A DNA stretch of 64,000 nt from an uncultured Luminiphilus sp. (GTDB lineage: Bacteria; Pseudomonadota; Gammaproteobacteria; Pseudomonadales; Halieaceae), in assembly GCA_938091485.1 (NCBI GenBank), contig CALKMV010000024.1, positions 7,165-71,164 of the forward strand, in the 5' to 3' direction. The position numbers and the translations under genes are program-made. The stretch's first letter is position 1, and every line of letters begins with the position of its first letter. The notes under the pieces are model-generated. The model was not told the DNA's origin. It did no database searches and was given only the letters and a program-made list of their open reading frames with translations. Shown here one piece after another: positions 46,757 to 58,146 of the stretch.

Positions 46757-48394
46757 ATGTCGACTATTCCCCGATATGATGTGCTCATCGTAGGCAGCGG
46801 CGCCGCTGGCATGAGTCTCGCGCTGCAGTTACCCAGCGCCTTACAGGTCGCAATTTTATCCAAAAGCGAGGTTGGCTCAGGTTCCACCCTCTGGGCGCAG
46901 GGGGGTATGGCGGCGGTTTTGCATGACCGTGATTCAGTTCAGGCGCATGTGGACGACACGCTGAGCGCAGGCGCAGGCCTTTGCCACCAGCCTGCCGTCC
47001 AGTTTACCGTCGGGCGAAGTCGACAGATTGTTGACTGGTTGGTTTCTCAGGGTATGAATTTTGATTTGAGAGAAGATCAGCAGGACGCCGAATTCAGGGA
47101 GTTTCACCTCACCATGGAGGGAGGACACAGCCATCGACGCGTGATTCACGCCGCAGATCAGACCGGTCGCGCACTCTCCGAGGTTCTCGCAGGGCGAGTA
47201 GCTGAGGCTTCGAATATCAGCTTGCTGACGGACCGCTGCCTCGTCGACGTCATTAAAGACGGTCAAAGAGCCTGTGGGGCCTACCTACTGAGCACCGCAG
47301 ATAGTCGAGTCGAAACCGTCAGAGCGGACGCCATCGTGTTGGCCACCGGCGGAGCTAGCAAGGCCTACCGATACACTACCAACCCCAATGGGGCCAGCGG
47401 TGACGGCATCGCTGCAGCGTGGCGCGCTGGGTGTCGGATCGCGAATATGGAGTTCAACCAATTTCATCCCACCTGCCTCTACCACCCTGACAGCAGGTCT
47501 TTTTTGATGACCGAGGCGCTACGGGGTGAAGGCGCCACGCTAACCCTGCCCAATGGGGACCGGTTTATGGCGCGCTTCGATGCGCGGGGGGAACTAGCGC
47601 CCAGAGACATCGTCGCTCGCGCTATCGACTTCGAGATGAAGCGTCTGGGCACAGAATGCGTGTACCTTGATATCAGCCATCAATCCAGTGATCTGATCAC
47701 GCGGCACTTTCCTCAAGCGTATGAGCGCTGCCTGCCCCTCGGCATCGACATCACTCGTGATCGCATACCGGTAGTACCTGCGGCTCACTACACCTGCGGT
47801 GGCGTAGTGGTCGATCAGCATGGCGCCAGCGATGTGCCCGGGCTCTATGTGGTTGGAGAATCGGCGTGCACTGGCCTGCACGGCGCCAATCGGATGGCCA
47901 GCAACTCTCTGTTGGAGTGCTTTGTTTACGCGCAGTCCGCCGCTGAGCACATTGCCGACTCGATCAGCCCGCGCTCAACACTCCCGGAAGCCTGGGATGA
48001 TAGTCGGGTGCGCGACTCTGACGAGGAGGTCGTGATACAACACAACTGGCAAGAGCTGCGGCGCTTGATGTGGGACTATGTAGGCATTGTTCGCACCTCG
48101 CGGCGACTGAGGTATGCCGCTGAACGCATTACGCTGCTAGAGAAAGAGGTCTCCGGTTACTACGGGCGCTTTCAGATCACGCTACCACTTTTGGAGATGA
48201 GAAATCTTGCGCGAGTGGCAAAGCTGATGGTTGAGTGTGCCTCCGACCGAGAAGAAAGTCGCGGGCTCCACTACAACTCAGATTACCCTGACGCAGCAGC
48301 AAAAGGTCTCGACTCAATATTGGTACCGCCACACTTTGACAGGCGCACCGCGCTGACCGGCCCTATCGACCGACTACCCCCCTATGCCAGCTGA
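46757..48394 (+). CDS. nadB: L-aspartate oxidase
   Basis: GSGAAG, AQGG, EGGHS, QFHPT, HGANRMASNSLLE and ESRGLH; divergent from rpoE. Confidence 0.97.
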   Translation: MSTIPRYDVLIVGSGAAGMSLALQLPSALQVAILSKSEVGSGSTLWAQGGMAAVLHDRDSVQAHVDDTLSAGAGLCHQPAVQFTVGRSRQIVDWLVSQGMNFDLREDQQDAEFREFHLTMEGGHSHRRVIHAADQTGRALSEVLAGRVAEASNISLLTDRCLVDVIKDGQRACGAYLLSTADSRVETVRADAIVLATGGASKAYRYTTNPNGASGDGIAAAWRAGCRIANMEFNQFHPTCLYHPDSRSFLMTEALRGEGATLTLPNGDRFMARFDARGELAPRDIVARAIDFEMKRLGTECVYLDISHQSSDLITRHFPQAYERCLPLGIDITRDRIPVVPAAHYTCGGVVVDQHGASDVPGLYVVGESACTGLHGANRMASNSLLECFVYAQSAAEHIADSISPRSTLPEAWDDSRVRDSDEEVVIQHNWQELRRLMWDYVGIVRTSRRLRYAAERITLLEKEVSGYYGRFQITLPLLEMRNLARVAKLMVECASDREESRGLHYNSDYPDAAAKGLDSILVPPHFDRRTALTGPIDRLPPYAS

Positions 48395-48400
48395 CCAATG

Positions 48401-48658
48401 TTACGCCGGGATGTCGTGGAAGCGCCTGATCTCCAAGATGATGTTAACGAATCGCTCGTCCGCGATGGCACACCGCCCCATTATCCACTCAAGCAAATCC
48501 TGATCGCCTTCGGATAGCAGCTCTCGATAGTCTCTACGAAGCGCGTCACTCAGCCCGACAAAGGCCTCCAACACAAAAGGCGAAAGTAGCAGGTCCAACT
48601 CCAGCAACCCTCTTCGACTCGCCCACTTTGCGCGATTCAACTCTTCTCTCTGATCCAT
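48401..48658 (-). CDS. sdhE: FAD assembly factor SdhE
   Basis: WASRRGLLELD motif. Confidence 0.93.
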   Translation of the reverse strand: MDQREELNRAKWASRRGLLELDLLLSPFVLEAFVGLSDALRRDYRELLSEGDQDLLEWIMGRCAIADERFVNIILEIRRFHDIPA

Positions 48659-48727
48659 CTGCTCATTACCAGACTAGCACCACAAACCATGTAGTATAGG
48701 CACTTTCCTAACCGTCTATTACCCAGC

Positions 48728-49609
48728 GTGACCAAGCCGACACCCAAGCAACCTCCGCCAGCCCACGGTCAACGCGACGTGATCATGAAACTGACAGGCA
48801 GTGCCGGTAAGGAGTTTCTGCACGGGCAGACCACCGCAGATTTCAGTAGTTGTGTCGCTGGCGACATCCGCTACGCCGCATTCTGCAATCCAAAGGGTCG
48901 AATACTCGCGGATGTACTCGCTGTGATTCTCGATAATGAGGAAGCGCTACTCAGAGGGCGACAAGCGGTAATGTCGGCGTTAAGCGAGCACCTCAAGCCG
49001 TATCTGGCTTTTTCACGCTGCACCCTTACCGCCACCGACTGGACAACGGTGTGTCGTGCAGAAACTCTCATGCCCCCTCGAGCGGCGCCTGATTATGCAG
49101 GGGATACGTTGGTGGGCGTGACGGTGCCACTAGACCACTTGCACGCCGAATATTGGGGTACGCAGGCGGCATTGGCGCCAGGATCCGACCCAATGCTCGA
49201 CACACGACAAGTTGAGATTCTGAACAATCGAGCACGAATCGAAAGCGAAACGATTGGCGCCTATCTGCCACAGGATCTGGATTATGACTGCAACGACACC
49301 GTGAGCTTTACCAAGGGCTGCTACACGGGGCAAGAAATCGTGGCACGTCTTCATTATCGAGGCATTCCCAAACGCCGGCTTCACCGCGCAGAGGTTGCTG
49401 CGCCCGTAATGGCGGGAGAGTCCTTGACGGATGCAGAGGGAAAATCGATCGGGAGCGTAGTTAACCACTACCTGCGCGAGCACGTGTGCGAACTGCTTGT
49501 CGAACTGGTTCCGGAGGCTGCGGCTGGTCCGGTTTTGCTCAAGGGGCGCCAAGACCGGCTCTCACAGATCACCCGCTGTCATGCTGATAAGGACCAATCA
49601 ACCGGCTGA
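48728..49609 (+). CDS. ygfZ: Folate-binding Fe/S repair protein YgfZ
   Basis: FLHGQTT and KGCYTGQE. Confidence 0.93.
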   Translation: MTKPTPKQPPPAHGQRDVIMKLTGSAGKEFLHGQTTADFSSCVAGDIRYAAFCNPKGRILADVLAVILDNEEALLRGRQAVMSALSEHLKPYLAFSRCTLTATDWTTVCRAETLMPPRAAPDYAGDTLVGVTVPLDHLHAEYWGTQAALAPGSDPMLDTRQVEILNNRARIESETIGAYLPQDLDYDCNDTVSFTKGCYTGQEIVARLHYRGIPKRRLHRAEVAAPVMAGESLTDAEGKSIGSVVNHYLREHVCELLVELVPEAAAGPVLLKGRQDRLSQITRCHADKDQSTG

Positions 49610-50262
49610 CGCCCGCTAGCCGCCAAGAAGGCATTGGCTTGGCTGAAGTGACGACAACCCATGAAACCACGATGCGCCGATAATGGTGAAGGATGCGGGG
49701 CCAACAGAACACAATGCCTGTCGCTGTCTACTTTTGCGCCTTTGCGCTGAGCATGCGCACCCCACAACATGAACACAACAGGCGATTCTCCGGCATTAAC
49801 TGCTGCTACGACGGCATCTGTGAATCGCTCCCAACCCCTCCCCTGGTGGGATCCCGCAGCACCGTGCTCCACCGACAACACGCTGTTCAGGAGGAGCACG
49901 CCCTGGGTCGCCCACCCAGAAAGATCACCATGATTGGGGACCGAGACACCCAGGTCCTCATGCAACTCTCGAAAAATATTTTGCAACGACGGCGGAATTC
50001 GCTGGCGTCCTCTCACCGAAAAGCTCAGGCCGTGGGCCTGACCCGCACCATGGTAGGGATCTTGACCTAGTACGACGACTTTTACGTCAGCCGGAGGCGT
50101 CGCTTCGAGGGCCGCGAAGAACTCAATGCCCGGCGGATAAATCCGCTTGCCGCTGGCCTTCTCTGAACGCAGGAAGGCAGACAGCTGGTCCATATAATCC
50201 TGCTCGAATTCAGCCTCAAGAAGCGACAACCACTCCTGCCGCAGACGAACATCACCAGCCAT
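49579..50262 (-). CDS. ung: Uracil-DNA glycosylase
   Basis: GQDPYH, GVLLLN and HPSPLS. Confidence 0.97.
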   Translation of the reverse strand: MAGDVRLRQEWLSLLEAEFEQDYMDQLSAFLRSEKASGKRIYPPGIEFFAALEATPPADVKVVVLGQDPYHGAGQAHGLSFSVRGRQRIPPSLQNIFRELHEDLGVSVPNHGDLSGWATQGVLLLNSVLSVEHGAAGSHQGRGWERFTDAVVAAVNAGESPVVFMLWGAHAQRKGAKVDSDRHCVLLAPHPSPLSAHRGFMGCRHFSQANAFLAASGRQPVDWSLSA

Positions 50263-50335
50263 AGACGTTAAAACCCCATCATCTCATCCGGACCCAAGAT
50301 GCAGTGACGACCTCAATCTCTCTGGTGGTACACAT

Positions 50336-51217
50336 CTACCCCCTCCGGAACCGCGCTAGCCCCTGCCCGGACACCAGCAATACGCCAGCCCAAACCAACG
50401 CAAAGGAAATCGCGGTGACTTTATCCAGCGACTCTCCCAGTGCGGTTTGCGCCACCAACAACTGAAGCGACGGACCAAGATAAGAAGTTAAGCCGACGAC
50501 GTTCAGTGGCAGCAGTCTCGAGGCCGCGATATAGGTTAGGAGTGGGGCCGTGGTGTAAATACCCGCGAGCAACAAAAACGCATCCACTTTAAGGCCATGT
50601 TGGCCCAGCCCCGCACCGCCTGTCAGCCACAACCATCCGAGCGCAAAGGGCGCCATGCAGAGCGTCTCGATAAACAAGCCCTGCATCGTGTCCGCCTCTA
50701 TTTTCTTTCGTATGGCGCCGTAAAGCGCGAAGCTGCTTGCAACAACTAAACTGATCCAGGGCAGGCTGCCATATGCCCACAGCTGCATTGCGACCGCCAT
50801 CACTGCCAAAAGAACGGCTATCCACTGCGCCGAACCCATCACCTCCCGAAACGCCAGCCTGCCCACCAGAATGGTCAGCAAGGGCAGCATAAAGTAGCCG
50901 AGACTGGCCTCGGTTGCCCGACCTGAAGAGACCGCGTAGACGAACACACCCCAATTCAAACTCAGGAGCACTGTCCCCAGTGCGCTCCAAGCGAGCATGC
51001 GGGGGATTCTGAGTAACAACCAGGTCGCCCTGAACCGACCCACCCACAGCAACACAATCGTCGCCACGGGTAAACTCCAAATAGCACGGTGAGCAACCAC
51101 ATCCTGTGGTCTCACCGGCCAAGTCTCAACCCAATACAGCGCGGATACACCCCAAATAATATTGGCCACAATCGCCAAGGATAGGCCGTTCTTCAGTTGG
51201 TGAGGGGTGTACTGCAA
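50336..51217 (-). CDS. rarD: RarD (EamA) transporter
   Basis: AHRAIWS, NWGVF, EASLGYF and YGAIRK. Confidence 0.92.
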   Translation of the reverse strand: MQYTPHQLKNGLSLAIVANIIWGVSALYWVETWPVRPQDVVAHRAIWSLPVATIVLLWVGRFRATWLLLRIPRMLAWSALGTVLLSLNWGVFVYAVSSGRATEASLGYFMLPLLTILVGRLAFREVMGSAQWIAVLLAVMAVAMQLWAYGSLPWISLVVASSFALYGAIRKKIEADTMQGLFIETLCMAPFALGWLWLTGGAGLGQHGLKVDAFLLLAGIYTTAPLLTYIAASRLLPLNVVGLTSYLGPSLQLLVAQTALGESLDKVTAISFALVWAGVLLVSGQGLARFRRG

Positions 51218-51378
51218 ATCTCTGTGCTCCGTTTACCCAAGTTAACAACTCACGCTCGCGCGGTGCTCCAGCGAGATTACACCAAGCAAGACACCCCGGA
51301 GCCGAGAGCCCTGGAGATCTGTTCAGAACCGACGACGAGGTGATACTTTCCCCCGAATGCAGAGAACTACGCCCTGAC

Positions 51379-52107
51379 ATGCGCCGCCGCTACCGAACCA
51401 CTGACCTTATTGCGGGGCTCCTCTACATACTCATCGCCGCACCCAACTCAGCGGCACCAGACCCGCGAACTACCCTCCCGCGTCACACCGCCAGTTGGCA
51501 GCACGCTATTGCTCACATCAGCGTGCCAACGTCACGGGTAGCAGACGGCCGGTTGAAGCATTTCACTGAGCACTGCACCGCTGTCGCGGTCACGCCCGGC
51601 CCCGAACCCGTGTTTCTCAGCGCCTGGCACTGTTTCGAACATTACCGATCAACGGTTCACCCCATAACGCTGATGTCTGACGAGGTAACGTCACCCGCCA
51701 CATTGCGCCTAATCAGTAGTGGCGGGTCAATGAGAGAGGACTGGGCTTTGCTCCAAGCCAATCAAGCGCCCTCATCCGCCACCTGGATTCCCGTGTCACC
51801 CCAGCCAGCAAGATCCGGACAGAGGGTCACCGCCGCCGGATTTGCTCCACATGAGAGCCCGACTGAGACGGAGAACACACAGCGGCTTTTGATGGCCCAC
51901 TTGGCTTGCGCTGTCACTGATGCGGGGGCAGACCCGCCCGCATCTGACTGTATGGCCAGACAAGGAGCATCTGGCGGCGCCATCATCAGCTGGACGCAAA
52001 GCGGCAGTGCTCAGCTGCTTGGCATCATCTCGGCTGGCGATGGCGAGACAGTGAGTTACTTCTACCCAGCCACATTACTCATCGACAGAATCCAAAAGCT
52101 GCGTTGA
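51379..52107 (+). CDS. Exported trypsin-like serine protease
   Basis: SAWHC, DWALL and GASGG triad motifs after a hydrophobic leader. Confidence 0.75.
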   Translation: MRRRYRTTDLIAGLLYILIAAPNSAAPDPRTTLPRHTASWQHAIAHISVPTSRVADGRLKHFTEHCTAVAVTPGPEPVFLSAWHCFEHYRSTVHPITLMSDEVTSPATLRLISSGGSMREDWALLQANQAPSSATWIPVSPQPARSGQRVTAAGFAPHESPTETENTQRLLMAHLACAVTDAGADPPASDCMARQGASGGAIISWTQSGSAQLLGIISAGDGETVSYFYPATLLIDRIQKLR

Positions 52108-53058
52108 GGCGTCAGTGCGTTGACGCGCCGGCGGAGGGCCGCCAATGTGACGCTCACCGCGCCTGACAGCCAAGTCCACTTGCTTCTGCCTTTCCTCAAA
52201 ACGCGCTTGCTTCGTCGCGGTCAAACCTTCATGACACCGGGGGCAAGACACTCCTTTCTTGTAATACTCAGAGGCCTTGTCATCCTCAGTAATCGGGTGC
52301 CGACAAGCGTAGCATTGATCAAAGCTGCCTTTTTCCAACCTATGGTTAACCGCCACGCGGGAATCAAAAACAAAGCACTCCCCCTCCCATCGCGACTCAG
52401 ACTCTGGAATGTCCTCAAGGTACTTCAAGATGCCGCCCTGAAGATGCCAAACATCCTCGAACCCTTGAGATACCAGATAAGAGGTCGACTTCTCGCATCG
52501 AATCCCTCCGGTACAGAACATCGCTACCTTGGTATGCCTTGCTGGATCCAGGTTATCCCTCACCCACTCGGGAAAATCTCGAAAGCTCTGGGTGTTCGGG
52601 TTCACTGCCCCCTTAAAACTTCCAATGGCAACCTCGTAGTCATTCCGGGTATCGATCACTAGACATTGGGGATCATCAATCAACGCATTCCACTCAGAGG
52701 GCGCTGCATACCGCCCCACGCAAGCAGCGGGGTCGATATTCTCGACACCCATCGTGACAATCTCCTTTTTCAGTTTGACCTTCATACGGTGAAATGGCTC
52801 CGCACTGTGGTGGGACTCCTTCCAGTCCAAATCAACCAGACGCGGGTCACGCCGCAACCAACCAATGACGGCATCAATACCTTCCCGGCGGCCCGCGATC
52901 GTTCCGTTAATGCCCTCCAGAGCGAGTAACAGCGTGCCTTTGACTTCAGCATCCAAACACACCTTCAGAAGGGGCTGCCTCAGTTCGACAAAATCTTCGA
53001 GAGTCACAAATCGATAGAGCGCTGCGACGACCCGTTCATCTCCGCACTGCAATGACAT
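52075..53058 (-). CDS. trhO: tRNA uridine-34 hydroxylase (rhodanese UPF0176)
   Basis: [29 protein letters not shown] and FVFD.R; start overlaps the bolA stop. Confidence 0.93.
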   Translation of the reverse strand: MSLQCGDERVVAALYRFVTLEDFVELRQPLLKVCLDAEVKGTLLLALEGINGTIAGRREGIDAVIGWLRRDPRLVDLDWKESHHSAEPFHRMKVKLKKEIVTMGVENIDPAACVGRYAAPSEWNALIDDPQCLVIDTRNDYEVAIGSFKGAVNPNTQSFRDFPEWVRDNLDPARHTKVAMFCTGGIRCEKSTSYLVSQGFEDVWHLQGGILKYLEDIPESESRWEGECFVFDSRVAVNHRLEKGSFDQCYACRHPITEDDKASEYYKKGVSCPRCHEGLTATKQARFEERQKQVDLAVRRGERHIGGPPPARQRTDASTQLLDSVDE

Positions 53059-53369
53059 TATTTGCCGGTCCCGCCGCGACAATCTGGCGAGTCTGGTGCC
53101 GCTCCCGTCTCTGACCACTCCTGCGGGGTATACGTATGAAGCGCAAGGGCGTGCACCGGTCCCGCCAGAAACTCTGCGAGCACTGCGTACACAAGCTGAT
53201 GGCGCTTCACGCTTCGCTCACCGGCAAATCGCTCGGTAACGAGAACCACCTTGAAATGGGTCTCGGAGTCAGCAGGCACGCTATGGCGATGGCTCTCGTT
53301 TTCGACAGATAACAGGCTAGGCTGAAAAGCATCCTCAAGTGTCATCATGATTTGATCTTGAACTGTCAT
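53058..53369 (-). CDS. bolA: BolA family protein
   Basis: NESHRH, ETHFK, RHQLVY and VHALAL. Confidence 0.95.
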   Translation of the reverse strand: MTVQDQIMMTLEDAFQPSLLSVENESHRHSVPADSETHFKVVLVTERFAGERSVKRHQLVYAVLAEFLAGPVHALALHTYTPQEWSETGAAPDSPDCRGGTGK

Positions 53370-53442
53370 AAAGTTTCTCGAATCACTGTACGTGTTATTT
53401 TACGTTGAAATCCGCCCAACATCCTCTGGACAACCGCAGCCC

Positions 53443-53916
53443 ATGGAAGCCTCCGAAGCCCGGAATCAGAATCTGCCACCCGCGCCCCTCTGGAGACATC
53501 TGCTAGCCATGCTGTATGACACGCTGCTCATTGTCCCGCTGTTTATGGCCGCGGCCGCACTGTGGGTTGCGCTGCTAGGCCCGACCGACAATATCCGCGA
53601 TCCCGCAGTACCGGCAGCGCTACAGTGGTGCACCTGGGGCGTCATCCTGCTAGCCTTTTTTGGCATCTTCTGGCGCCGAGCAGGTCAGACTTTGGGTATG
53701 CAGGCATGGCGACTTAGGCTAGTGACCGAATCGGGCACGCCACCCACCTGGCTGCAGGTCACAATCCGAGTTGCAGGCGCCACCGTGTCTTTCGCGGCGC
53801 TCGGTGGCGGTTACTGGTGGCGATTTATCCCACCTCGAAGACGTTACTGGCACGACCGGCTTTCCAAAACTCACATCGTGGTGATACCCAAAGACAGTAG
53901 CGGGCGGCGTGGCTGA
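53443..53916 (+). CDS. RDD family membrane protein
   Basis: LLAMLYD, GQTLGMQAWR and WHDRLS. Confidence 0.9.
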   Translation: MEASEARNQNLPPAPLWRHLLAMLYDTLLIVPLFMAAAALWVALLGPTDNIRDPAVPAALQWCTWGVILLAFFGIFWRRAGQTLGMQAWRLRLVTESGTPPTWLQVTIRVAGATVSFAALGGGYWWRFIPPRRRYWHDRLSKTHIVVIPKDSSGRRG

Positions 53917-53925
53917 CAACTTGCA

Positions 53926-54987
53926 TCAGGCCCGGCGCCACAGCAACCACGCGCCACCTATCCAGCACGCTGCAATAGGAACCAACGCCGCCACCATCGG
54001 GTCGTAGCCAAAAATCAGGCTGGCCGGCCCAAAAAAGTCTTGGCTGATCCGGAATACAACGCCCACGATGACACCGACAAAAATCCTCGCCCCCATAGTG
54101 CCTTCGCGAAGCGGGCCGAAGATAAACGACATGGCAACCAGAACGAGGCCAAGTGTTGCCAATGGCTGAAGCACTTTACGCCAGAAAGCCAACTCAATAT
54201 CGACAAATACCATGCCCTGCTGCTTCAGGTACTGGGCATAAGGCCACAATTGAAAGACGGGTAGCGTCTCGGGCTCTACTACATCGAGCGTGAGCAACTG
54301 AGGCGTGATGGCCGTATCCCAGCGCCATAATGTCGGCTCCTCTGTCACAGTGACCCCGGAGCGTACGCGCGTCAGCTTGACCTGCTCCAAAATCCAGTGA
54401 TCTCCAGCATGAGTCGCGCGCTCCGCCATCAACGTGCTTTGCAGTCGTCGATTGTCATCGAAGCTCAACAGCGTAATGCCATAAGCAACGCCACCACGCT
54501 GGACGGCGTCGACATGCACAAAGGTATTGCCATCCCGGTTCCATGCCCCGAAACGTCCTGCTACCGCTGACTCAGATCGCTGCGCCAGCGCACGATGACT
54601 CATTGCTAATTGTTCGGTATGGGGCGCGACAAACTCTCCGACCGAAAAGCCCAGTGCCGCCACCAAGAGGGCCGGCTGCAGGACCATGACTGCCATCTTG
54701 AATAATGAAGTCCCAGATGCCCGCATCACCACTAATTCACTCGAAGCAGCTAATCTGCCCAAACCAATCAAGGCCCCGATAAGCGCAGCAAACGGCACGA
54801 ACTCGTGGATGCGTCTCGGCAACGTATATGCAACATAAATCAGAATATCGACCAACCCATAGCCATCCCGGATATCGTCAGCTTCATCAACTACCGACGT
54901 CAGCGCATCGAGGCCGACTAGTAAAACCAATACGCCTAACGTAGCAAGCAAGACTGACCGGCCAATGTACAAATCAAATTTACCCAC
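53926..54987 (-). CDS. lptG: LPS export permease LptG
   Basis: LAASSELVVMRASG and FIFGPLR. Confidence 0.95.
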   Translation of the reverse strand: MGKFDLYIGRSVLLATLGVLVLLVGLDALTSVVDEADDIRDGYGLVDILIYVAYTLPRRIHEFVPFAALIGALIGLGRLAASSELVVMRASGTSLFKMAVMVLQPALLVAALGFSVGEFVAPHTEQLAMSHRALAQRSESAVAGRFGAWNRDGNTFVHVDAVQRGGVAYGITLLSFDDNRRLQSTLMAERATHAGDHWILEQVKLTRVRSGVTVTEEPTLWRWDTAITPQLLTLDVVEPETLPVFQLWPYAQYLKQQGMVFVDIELAFWRKVLQPLATLGLVLVAMSFIFGPLREGTMGARIFVGVIVGVVFRISQDFFGPASLIFGYDPMVAALVPIAACWIGGAWLLWRRA

Positions 54988-56089
54988 GGGCGATCACTCT
55001 CAATGTTTTGGAAGCACGCCACCTTTTGGCAATGCGCTCCCAGTGCAAGAGCACTAAAGCCAGCAGGGCAAAAGCAAGGTGCACTGAGAGAATCAAGAGA
55101 GGCCCCTGTCCAGATTCGACGGCGCTCCTACCCTGTGTAAGACCCAGAAAGTACAACAGCAATACAACCATCGCTGGACCGATCTTGGCATACCGCCCAC
55201 GGCGCGCGTCAGTGCGGCTCAGCGCGAGCGCGATGATGGCTATAGCGGGCACCATCATTGGCAACGATATCCGCCACCACAGCGCGCCACGCAACTTCGG
55301 GTCGTCGCTGATCCACAGTTCGGAAGAGGCAACCGACTCCACTTTGCCAGTGCGCCGCAGACTATTTTGCGATTCTGGAATCAACTCACCATATAAGCTG
55401 AAAGTGATTTCCTCTAGAGCCCGCTCGCCCGGCTCTCCTCGATAACGGCTTCCTGACCTCAGCTCCAGATACCGATGCCCGCTTCCCTCCTCAAAAACAA
55501 TCGCGCCCTCTCGGGCAAACGTTGCAGTAAAAAAATCTTCCATAGAGCCGGGTTCGCGCTCAAAAACAAAGATGTTGTGCATGAGCCCATCGTCGTCAAT
55601 GCGCTCTGTGTAGGTAACGTAGTCTCCTTTGCGCTGCTTTCGAAAGCGCCCCTCATTGAGCATGTGGAGGCCCTCAGCTGAGCGTGGATTGTCGAGCAAC
55701 ACCTGCGCCCTTGCCGAGCCTTCCGGGGCAATAATCAGTGAGAGCGATGCGACGGCTATGGTGACGAACACAGCGGGCCACATCACGTACAGGGCCAGCC
55801 TGCCTGGACCCACACCGCAAGCCCTCAGCACCACCATCTCGCTATCAGCATAGAGCCGACCCAAACTCAACAAAATGCCAATAAAGAGCCCCAAAGGGAG
55901 AATCATTTCAAAGAAACCGGGCAGCTTGAACACCATGATCGGCAGCAAGACATCCCCGGTAAGTGAACCGACCGCGGCCTCTGCCAGATAGCGAATGAAT
56001 CTGCCCGCGAAAACGACCAAGAACAGCACGAAGCTCACCGCCACGGTGTGCAACAAGATATCTCGAGTGAGGTATCGAAGGATTCGCAT
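54980..56089 (-). CDS. lptF: LPS export permease LptF
   Basis: RFIRYL and GRLYADSEMVVL; paired with lptG. Confidence 0.95.
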   Translation of the reverse strand: MRILRYLTRDILLHTVAVSFVLFLVVFAGRFIRYLAEAAVGSLTGDVLLPIMVFKLPGFFEMILPLGLFIGILLSLGRLYADSEMVVLRACGVGPGRLALYVMWPAVFVTIAVASLSLIIAPEGSARAQVLLDNPRSAEGLHMLNEGRFRKQRKGDYVTYTERIDDDGLMHNIFVFEREPGSMEDFFTATFAREGAIVFEEGSGHRYLELRSGSRYRGEPGERALEEITFSLYGELIPESQNSLRRTGKVESVASSELWISDDPKLRGALWWRISLPMMVPAIAIIALALSRTDARRGRYAKIGPAMVVLLLYFLGLTQGRSAVESGQGPLLILSVHLAFALLALVLLHWERIAKRWRASKTLRVIARG

Positions 56090-56194
56090 CGGGTCAGCCT
56101 GCGCGCGACAGTCTCGCAAAGGGTTATTTCGAAAACGGCGCGGTCATCATACACTAGCGCCCCTTTGACGATTGAACCCACCTCAGGATCCTTT

Positions 56195-57694
56195 ATGGCC
56201 AATTTGACCATCTCAGCGAAAACCGCAGCTCCTCCAGAGAACATCAAAACGCAAGCGCTCGTTGCCCTCCTGCCTGAGCGAAAAACACTGGCACCTTCGC
56301 TGAAGCCTCTGGACACGCTGCTCGGCGGCACCGTATCCCGGTCGCTCAAAAATGGAGACTTCGCCGGATCAATAGGCACGCATATCTGGTTGCCTGGCGC
56401 GGGAAAGATAGATCGGGTGCTGCTGGTGGGGTGTGGCGACCCTGGAAAACAGACCACGTCATCAATTAAAAAGATGAGCGAAACGCTCTCGCGAGCTTTG
56501 ATTAACTCCCCAGCGGCGGATGCTCACATTGTGATGGACGGGCTGACCCAGAAACTAAAGGCACCCCAGACACTCTTGGAGCAGATCAGCTTGCAGCTCA
56601 CGCTGGCGCACTATCAATACAGCCACACCCTGAACAAGCGCAAGAAGCCGCCACGTTCACTGAAGCGCGCCAGCATATCGCCCGGCGTCCTGTGCAGCAT
56701 GGGGGTCGCACGCCGTGCCATCCTGGCCGGCAGCGCGACCGGGCATGGCGCGAACCTGACCCGCGAACTGGTAAACCTGCCCGGCAATATTTGCACCCCC
56801 AAACACCTCGCGAGCGAGGCAAGAAAACTAGCGCGCTCAGACGCTTCCGTGACCACCACCGTTCTGGATGAGCGCAAAATGGCTGAGCTAGGCATGCACT
56901 CTCTCCTCTCTGTTGGAAATGGGTCCGAGCAACCGTCCCAGCTCATCATCATCAAATACCAAGGCGCAGCCAGCACTGCCCGACCTTACTGCCTTGTCGG
57001 CAAAGGCATCACATTCGATACCGGTGGCATCAGCCTGAAGCCGGGTGCCAAGATGGATGAAATGAAGTTTGATATGGGAGGAGCGGGGTCCGTGTTCGGC
57101 GCGATGAAGGCCGCCTCCCTCATGAAGCTTCCCATTAATATTGTCGGGGTGATCGCCGCCGCAGAGAACATGCCTAGTGGGCGCGCCACCAAACCTGGTG
57201 ATGTGGTCACGAGCATGTCGGGCAAAACGATCGAAATCCTCAACACCGATGCGGAGGGCCGTCTAGTTCTCTGCGATGCGCTCACCTACGCGGCAAGGTT
57301 TTCTCCCGTTGAGGTCATCGATATCGCCACTTTGACCGGCGCGATCATTGTCTCGTTAGGGCAAGAAGCAACCGGAATTTTTTCAAACGACGATCATCTT
57401 GCGAACAGCCTCCTCAGCGCAGGGGAACGCAGTCACGACCGCGGATGGCGGTTCCCAATTTGGGAGGAATATCATCGGCAACTGGATAGCCCCTTCGCTG
57501 ACCTTGCCAATATCGGTGCGGGTGGCGCGGGCAGTATTACTGCCGCGTGCTTCCTCTCTCAATTTGCAGAAGACTACAAGTGGGCACACCTTGATATCGC
57601 CGGAACCGCATTCAGAAGTGCGCCCAAGGGCGCCACGGGTCGCCCCGTACCCATGCTGGTTCAATATCTGCGTGAACGCGCCGGCGTCTTGTGA
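56195..57694 (+). CDS. pepA: Leucyl aminopeptidase
   Basis: GKGITFDTGG, MKFDMGG, NTDAEGRL and HLDIAG. Confidence 0.97.
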   Translation: MANLTISAKTAAPPENIKTQALVALLPERKTLAPSLKPLDTLLGGTVSRSLKNGDFAGSIGTHIWLPGAGKIDRVLLVGCGDPGKQTTSSIKKMSETLSRALINSPAADAHIVMDGLTQKLKAPQTLLEQISLQLTLAHYQYSHTLNKRKKPPRSLKRASISPGVLCSMGVARRAILAGSATGHGANLTRELVNLPGNICTPKHLASEARKLARSDASVTTTVLDERKMAELGMHSLLSVGNGSEQPSQLIIIKYQGAASTARPYCLVGKGITFDTGGISLKPGAKMDEMKFDMGGAGSVFGAMKAASLMKLPINIVGVIAAAENMPSGRATKPGDVVTSMSGKTIEILNTDAEGRLVLCDALTYAARFSPVEVIDIATLTGAIIVSLGQEATGIFSNDDHLANSLLSAGERSHDRGWRFPIWEEYHRQLDSPFADLANIGAGGAGSITAACFLSQFAEDYKWAHLDIAGTAFRSAPKGATGRPVPMLVQYLRERAGVL

Positions 57695-58113
57695 CGCAAG
57701 TCGATTTCTACGTCCTGCCCGAAAATGGCAGCTTGACCGCTTACGCAGCGGTGGGACGTATTGCCGAGAAAGCGCTCACCCGTGGCCACCAGATCTTTGT
57801 TCAGGTCAAAGATGAGGCAGAGGCCACTGCCCTGCATGACAGCCTGTGGACAGACCGGGCGGAGAGCTTTCTACCCCATGCCATCATGGGAACATCTGAC
57901 AACGAACCACTCATCATAGGATGGGAGGATCCACCATCCGGGCATGACGACGTATTAATCAATATCACTGGCGCTGTACCCGGTCATTTTGCGCGTTTTG
58001 GCCGACTGGCAGAGATCGTGACTCCAGATGCGGCTACACTTGAGGCATCTCGCAAGGCGTGGCGATTTTACCGAGACCGAGGCTACCCACTTGCCAAACA
58101 TGATCTGTCGTAG
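57691..58113 (+). CDS. holC: DNA polymerase III chi subunit
   Basis: VDFYVL, LW...SFLPH and R..WRFYRDRGY; between pepA and valS. Confidence 0.95.
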   Translation: MTQVDFYVLPENGSLTAYAAVGRIAEKALTRGHQIFVQVKDEAEATALHDSLWTDRAESFLPHAIMGTSDNEPLIIGWEDPPSGHDDVLINITGAVPGHFARFGRLAEIVTPDAATLEASRKAWRFYRDRGYPLAKHDLS

Positions 58114-58146
58114 CGCCAAATATTCGGCACAGGGCCATCCAATACA

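Noticed and set aside
56048-56194. Long N-terminal extension of pepA overlapping lptF
   Set aside because: ATG 56195 has an upstream AGGA and leaves a normal divergent promoter gap.
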